Below are positions 41,326 to 46,171 of a DNA stretch of 46,171 nucleotides, piece after piece (the first letter of the stretch is position 1; each line of letters starts with the position of its first letter). A program made the translations under genes and the position numbers. Origin of the DNA: Candidatus Limnocylindrales bacterium (GTDB lineage Bacteria > Moduliflexota > Moduliflexia > Moduliflexales > JAUQPW01). Under the pieces are notes generated by a model, which saw nothing but the letters and a program-made list of their open reading frames with translations, had not been told where the DNA came from and did not search any database. The DNA lies in contig DATMBG010000020.1 in the NCBI GenBank assembly GCA_035559535.1, forward strand, positions 1-46,171, written 5' to 3'.

Positions 41326-42156
41326 TTAAAAAAGATGTAATCTTCTCTCAGAAAAATAATAAATCGCCATGAAAGTAATCAAAATGTAAGAGAATCCCAG
41401 AATGGTCAAATAAGAAGCCTTTCTTCCTCTCCAACCTGCCGTAACTCGGGCATAGATAAGGATGGCATAAATAATCCAGACAATAATGGCAAAAATAGTC
41501 GTCGGATCCCGGCTGAGGGGATTTACACCTCTAAACTTGGCCCAAATGGCTCCAATGATAATGGCTAATGTCAACAAGGGGAATCCAATCAACAAGGCTT
41601 GATAGCTTAAATTATCCAGAATTTCTAGAGAAGGAAGCCGATAATAAAGCGCCCCCGGTTTTTTTGACTTGAGCTGTCGCTCCTGAATAAGATACATGAC
41701 GGCCGCACAGGAGGCAATGGCAAAAACTGCATAACCCAGAATGGCTACCACGGCATGAAGACCGATCCAGTAACTCTGGACGGCAGGGAGTGAAGTCTTC
41801 CCCTCCGGCAGTGAATAGGCATAGATGAACAGCATAAAAGCAATGGGAATAACAAAAGCCCCCAAAACGGGAATATGGTACTTAAGATCGACAATCAAAA
41901 ATACCAGAATCGTGGCCCAAATAAAAAGAAAGAGAGTCTCTTTGGAATTGGAAAAAGGGGAGATCCGAATAATGGTAAATTTAAATAAGATGGTAATGGT
42001 ATCTAACGTAAAACTTACCACCGTCAATGCCGTAGCAAGCCGGGCCAAAAAGGGCTTTTTCGTAACAAGAAAAGAAAGATAACCCAGGGTCGCCAAAAAG
42101 AAGATAACTAAGAGAATCTCGAATAAAAAAAAGTTTATGATGTGAGTGGTATCCAT
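41326..42156 (-). CDS. CcsA-family / HemX-like membrane protein
   Basis: About 8 TM, IGLH, LPSLEILD, GAIWA, GWRGRK, C-terminal His; WWD motif degenerate. Confidence 0.85.
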   Translation of the reverse strand: MDTTHIINFFLFEILLVIFFLATLGYLSFLVTKKPFLARLATALTVVSFTLDTITILFKFTIIRISPFSNSKETLFLFIWATILVFLIVDLKYHIPVLGAFVIPIAFMLFIYAYSLPEGKTSLPAVQSYWIGLHAVVAILGYAVFAIASCAAVMYLIQERQLKSKKPGALYYRLPSLEILDNLSYQALLIGFPLLTLAIIIGAIWAKFRGVNPLSRDPTTIFAIIVWIIYAILIYARVTAGWRGRKASYLTILGFSYILITFMAIYYFSERRLHLF

Positions 42157-42163
42157 ACGCGAG

Positions 42164-42667
42164 TTAATAAGGCCAGTAAAAGGCGTATTTTTTATCGATA
42201 GCCTCTTTGATGGCGGCCAGGGAATAACCTTTTCCCTTCATTTCATACGCCTCCAGCGTAATAGACCGACAGATCTCTCAACCTGCAGAATGGGTATCCA
42301 CATAACAATCTAAATTATTCTGATGGTGATGGGTCCTATAACATCCACAATAACAGGGCAGGTTTTCGACCAGCTCCGGATCTGCCTGGGCAATCTGATA
42401 AGCTAAAGCTGTTTTATCGGTAAACAGAGTCGGAGATAAGGTCTTGGGTCGAGGAGATCGAGGTATGGCCGGCAGGCTAAACCCGGTCCGTTTTTCGGTC
42501 CTGAAACCAGAAGCCGACCGGAATCGCATCCCCAGAAGGAAATATATATCAACGCCAACAATCAAAATCAATAAAAAGATCAACGCTACCACGGCAGAAC
42601 GGCTCGCAGCCAACCGGTCCAAGAAGTTCTTTTTCGGTTTCCCAGGATTTTGAGTATTCTCCTCCAT
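42164..42667 (-). CDS. Membrane-anchored PCYCGC-family protein, probable selenoprotein (Sec at TGA 42278-42280)
   Basis: PCYCGC..H..N..C..H then TGA-E-I-C; frame open 37 more codons to TAA at 42164; SECIS-like hairpin. Confidence 0.85.
42246..42260 (-). promoter_or_regulatory. Putative bacterial SECIS hairpin
   Basis: UACGC(U)-GGA-(G)GCGUA, stem starting 17 nt after UGA, G-rich apical loop. Confidence 0.65.
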
Positions 42668-42930
42668 GTAAAAATCCTCTTTCTTAGAGGTTATCTCATC
42701 AACCTTATAAGTTCCTTAAAAGCTTTAATCGCGTCCCAAAGATTTCGTTAATATTTTATTACAAGCCTTGCAAACAAAGCAAGAAATATTTTAACAACTG
42801 AAATATTACAGCCGGGAATCAAGAAATCTCGAGAAAGAATCTTTATTTTTTTCATTCTCAATGATTCGGACAATCCAGAAGATCGGCAAAAGAATTGTCG
42901 GGTTGGGGTGGTGAGGGATACCTGCCATTG

Positions 42931-42977
42931 AAAAAAAATAAAGACCTCGAAGGTTTTGAAAAACCTTCGAGGTCTTT
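42931..42977 (-). terminator. Intrinsic terminator of clpB (long perfect palindrome)
   Basis: AAAGACCTCGAAGGTTTT-GA-AAAACCTTCGAGGTCTTT; minus strand continues ATTTTTTTT. Confidence 0.8.
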
Positions 42978-43004
42978 CGTCTGAATGGATATTCTATCCC
43001 GGTA

Positions 43005-45596
43005 TTAGGCCTTGCGGAACACCATTTCCCTTCGGGTCGGGTCTGCGTCGACTATGATTTTATCTCCTTCGGAGAAGGTACCTTCCAGAACTTTCATAGC
43101 CAGGGGGTTTTGGATAAGGTTCTGAATGGCACGTTTTAGAGGTCGTGCTCCATAAGTCGGATCATAACCCACTTCGGCTAAGAGTTCTTTAGCCCTGTCG
43201 GTCAATTGAATTTCGATCTTTCTCTCTGCCAGGCGTTTCTTGAGATTCTCGACCTGGATCTCAATGATGGCCTTCAGGTGCTCCCGAGTCAATCCGTGGA
43301 AGATGATGATCTCATCGATTCGGTTAAGAAACTCCGGTTTAAAATGTGCACGCAGAGCTTCCAACACCCGACGTTTCATTTCCTCATAGTCTTTAGTTCC
43401 CAGATCCTGGATCCACTGACTTCCGATATTGGAGGTCATAATGATGACGGTATTTTTAAAATCCACCGTACGACCCTGACCATCGGTCAAGCGGCCATCG
43501 TCTAAGATCTGTAAAAGAATATTGAAAACCTCGGGGTGGGCTTTCTCGATTTCATCAAAGAGGATGACCGAATAAGGTCGTCTCCGAACGGCTTCGGTCA
43601 GGTAACCCCCTTCTTCATAGCCCACATAACCTGGAGGAGCTCCGATCAAACGGGCCACAGAGTGTTTCTCCATGAATTCGGACATATCGATCCGTACCAT
43701 GGCCTGTTCATTATCAAAGAGGAATTCGGCCAGAGCCCGGGCAAGTTCTGTTTTACCCACTCCGGTAGGGCCTAAGAAGATGAACGAACCCGTAGGCCGA
43801 TTGGGATCCTGAAGCCCTGCCCGGGCCCGACGAACGGCATTGGAAATAGCCCGGATGGCATCCTCCTGGCCTACCACCCGTTTTTTCAACCGTTCCTCCA
43901 TCTTAACCAGTTTTTCCCGCTCTCCTTCCATCAATTTGGAAACCGGAATACCCGTCCATTTAGCAATGACCTCGGCAATATCCTCGGCATCAACTTCTTC
44001 TTTAAGCATTTTCTGTTTCTTTTGGAGTTCATTGAGCTGTCGGGTTTCTTCGGCCAATTCCTTCTCTAAATTGGTCAGGACTCCGTATTTCAATTCTGCC
44101 GCTTTACCTAAATCCCCACGCCGTTGAGCCTGCTCTATTTCCATTTTGGTTTGTTCGATTTGCTCATTGATCCGGCTGATCTTCTGGATATGTTCTTTTT
44201 CCTTCTGCCAATGGGCCTTCATCTCCACCAGTTTCTCATTCAATTCGGCAATCTCCCGGTTAAGTCGCTCCAGTCGTTCTAAGGAAGATTTATCTTTTTC
44301 TTTCTTCAAGGCTTCCCGCTCGATTTCATGCTGCATAATCCTCCGCTGAACCTCATCGATCTCTGTGGGAAGACTATCAATTTCGATTTTTAAGCGGGAT
44401 GCCGCTTCGTCGATGAGATCGATGGCCTTGTCGGGAAGGAACCGATCGGTGATATACCGATGGGATAAGGTTGCTGCGGCTACCAGGGCCGAATCGGTGA
44501 TCCGGACCCCGTGATGGACCTCATACCGTTCTTTGAGCCCTCGGAGGATCGCAATGGTATCTTCTACACTGGGTTCGCCTACAAAAACAGGCTGGAAGCG
44601 TCGTTCCAGGGCGGCATCTTTCTCGATATACTTCCGATATTCATCCAGGGTTGTGGCGCCTATACACCGGAGTTCTCCACGGGCCAGGGCCGGTTTTAAC
44701 ATGTTGGAAGCATCCACAGCTCCCTGAGCCGCTCCAGCTCCCACCAGGGTATGGAGTTCATCGATGAAGAGAACAATAGAGCCTTCAGCTTCGGTGATTT
44801 CTTTCAGAAGGGCTTTTAACCGATCTTCAAACTCACCCCGATACTTCGTCCCGGCGATCATAGCCCCCAAATCCAGAGCTATCAGACGCTTGTCCTTCAA
44901 ACTTTCCGGAACATCTCCACTGACGATACGCTGGGCTAATCCTTCTACAATAGCCGTTTTACCTACTCCGGGCTCTCCAATCAGAACGGGGTTATTTTTG
45001 GTACGTCGCGAAAGAACCTGAATCACCCGACGAATCTCATCGTCTCGACCGATCACGGGATCTAATTTTCCTTTCCGGGCCAGTTCGGTTAAGTCTCTTC
45101 CATAACGGGCCAGGGCCTGATACTTTTCCTCCGGGTTTGGATCGGTGACCCGCTGTGACCCCCGAATACTGACAAGGGCTTTAAAGATGTTATCTCGGGT
45201 AACTCCCTGATCCCGTAACAAAGTTCCGGCAGCGCCTTGTTTCTCGGCAGTGATGGCAATCAGCAAATGTTCGGTGCTGATGTATTCGTCTTTGAGTCGA
45301 TTTGCTTCCTCGGCCGCAGTATCAAAAACCTGTTTTAACCGCGGGGCGATATAAGCCCCTACTTCTCCACCGTAGACTTTAGGAACTTTGTTGAGATGAT
45401 CCTTTAACCGTTCTGCAATCAGTTGAGGGTTTGCTCCTAGTTTCTGGAGGATGGGAAGTACGACCCCTTCCGATTGTTCGAGGAGTGCCAACAACAGATG
45501 TTCGACGTCAATCGTCTGATGCTGATACTTCTCGGCAAGGATTTGGGCTTGCTGAACTGCTTCTTGAGCTTTTACAGTAAATTTATCAAAACGCAT
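43005..45596 (-). CDS. clpB: Chaperone ClpB
   Basis: Clp-N repeats, two NBDs, long coiled-coil M-domain (AAELKYG), no IGF loop. Confidence 0.98.
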   Translation of the reverse strand: MRFDKFTVKAQEAVQQAQILAEKYQHQTIDVEHLLLALLEQSEGVVLPILQKLGANPQLIAERLKDHLNKVPKVYGGEVGAYIAPRLKQVFDTAAEEANRLKDEYISTEHLLIAITAEKQGAAGTLLRDQGVTRDNIFKALVSIRGSQRVTDPNPEEKYQALARYGRDLTELARKGKLDPVIGRDDEIRRVIQVLSRRTKNNPVLIGEPGVGKTAIVEGLAQRIVSGDVPESLKDKRLIALDLGAMIAGTKYRGEFEDRLKALLKEITEAEGSIVLFIDELHTLVGAGAAQGAVDASNMLKPALARGELRCIGATTLDEYRKYIEKDAALERRFQPVFVGEPSVEDTIAILRGLKERYEVHHGVRITDSALVAAATLSHRYITDRFLPDKAIDLIDEAASRLKIEIDSLPTEIDEVQRRIMQHEIEREALKKEKDKSSLERLERLNREIAELNEKLVEMKAHWQKEKEHIQKISRINEQIEQTKMEIEQAQRRGDLGKAAELKYGVLTNLEKELAEETRQLNELQKKQKMLKEEVDAEDIAEVIAKWTGIPVSKLMEGEREKLVKMEERLKKRVVGQEDAIRAISNAVRRARAGLQDPNRPTGSFIFLGPTGVGKTELARALAEFLFDNEQAMVRIDMSEFMEKHSVARLIGAPPGYVGYEEGGYLTEAVRRRPYSVILFDEIEKAHPEVFNILLQILDDGRLTDGQGRTVDFKNTVIIMTSNIGSQWIQDLGTKDYEEMKRRVLEALRAHFKPEFLNRIDEIIIFHGLTREHLKAIIEIQVENLKKRLAERKIEIQLTDRAKELLAEVGYDPTYGARPLKRAIQNLIQNPLAMKVLEGTFSEGDKIIVDADPTRREMVFRKA

Positions 45597-45811
45597 GAGT
45601 TTTATTTACGACCGATGAAACGAGTATGAGGAAAACCCTTCCTTCGCTCTCTTGCCTCATCTATCGTAAATTGTTTCAAACAACGTATAATCTTTTACGG
45701 AACTTCCTAAGATAGCTATAAAATTACCTTTTAAACATCCAATGATAGAAATCCATAAGAAGATCCGTCAGGTCCCCTTATCCGAGGAGTTCTCCTGTCT
45801 AATCTAAAAAT

Positions 45812-45841
45812 AATATAAAATTTGAGTGTATCTTTATCAAG
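45812..45841 (-). promoter_or_regulatory. clpB promoter overlapped by an HspR-type HAIR operator
   Basis: TTGATA-N17-TATATT; CTTGATA-N7-ACTCAAA vs consensus CTTGAGT-N7-ACTCAAG. Confidence 0.7.
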
Positions 45842-46150
45842 GTATTTGATAATATTTTTACAGGCCCGATTTTCCTTCGGTAAAAAACAGATTCTGCTCC
45901 GATGTCGTAAATTCTATTTTACTTCATAAAGTCGGCCTGTTAAATTTAATCCCCCGAAAGGAGGTAACTGCAATAATTTAGCAGGTGTCACTTTTTTCTG
46001 TCTGAGCACCTCCCAATTCCCCCTCAAGGGAGCTTATCTTTACCCACATTTTTCGATTTGGGAGGATGGGTTCAAAACGGTTAGTAGGTCAACCGTCCCG
46101 GTTGACCCACCTTGCAAAAAGAGGGAGCTTGCCCTCACGAAGGAGATTCA

Positions 46151-46171
46151 ATGCATTTCGCTACTCAACCA
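46151..46171 (+). CDS. Possible 5' end of a gene running off the window (MHFATQP...)
   Basis: AAGGAG SD followed by ATG; only 7 codons visible. Confidence 0.35.

Noticed and set aside
42278-42667. Truncated pseudogene ending at TGA
   Set aside because: The TGA sits at a Cys position, the downstream frame is intact and a SECIS-like hairpin is present
544-45596. Protease/chaperone island (FtsH, HtrA, Clp, S66, M16, ClpB)
   Set aside because: The genes are scattered in separate transcription units with no shared operator seen; likely coincidence
46088-46108. GGTCAACC...GGTTGACC as an IscB omegaRNA/HEARO start
   Set aside because: Only a short hairpin; the window ends before any supporting gene

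Overview
46-kb stretch of a bacterial chromosome, probably diderm (Lol-like exporter, periplasmic proteases), with about 33 genes and no rRNA, tRNA, CRISPR array or intact transposase. Gene order: ftsH; PotABC-like ABC importer with its binding protein on the opposite strand beside an acyl-CoA ligase; Lol/MacB-like operon ending in HtrA; lipoprotein, giant Clp ATPase and degenerate FHA gene; IS4-type MITE in a REP-like palindrome; radC; CHASE2 cyclase; divergent SucCD-like ligase; LD-carboxypeptidase; M16 peptidase; thioredoxin-fold protein; SDR; proline dehydrogenase; P450; enolase-superfamily enzyme; a minus-strand run (PCYCGC protein, CcsA/HemX-like, hemA, hemL, amidohydrolase, REC-PAS-GGDEF*-EAL); and clpB with an HspR-type operator. 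Top leads: (1) the PCYCGC gene appears to continue through an in-frame TGA (UxxC motif, SECIS-like hairpin), making it a probable selenoprotein heading the heme operon; (2) a ClpA/C-type unfoldase fused to a degenerate HEPN-like domain and coupled to an FHA protein lacking its phosphothreonine-binding residues; (3) a SucCD-like pair with ATP-citrate-lyase-like motifs. All family assignments come from motif recognition by eye; no searches were run.
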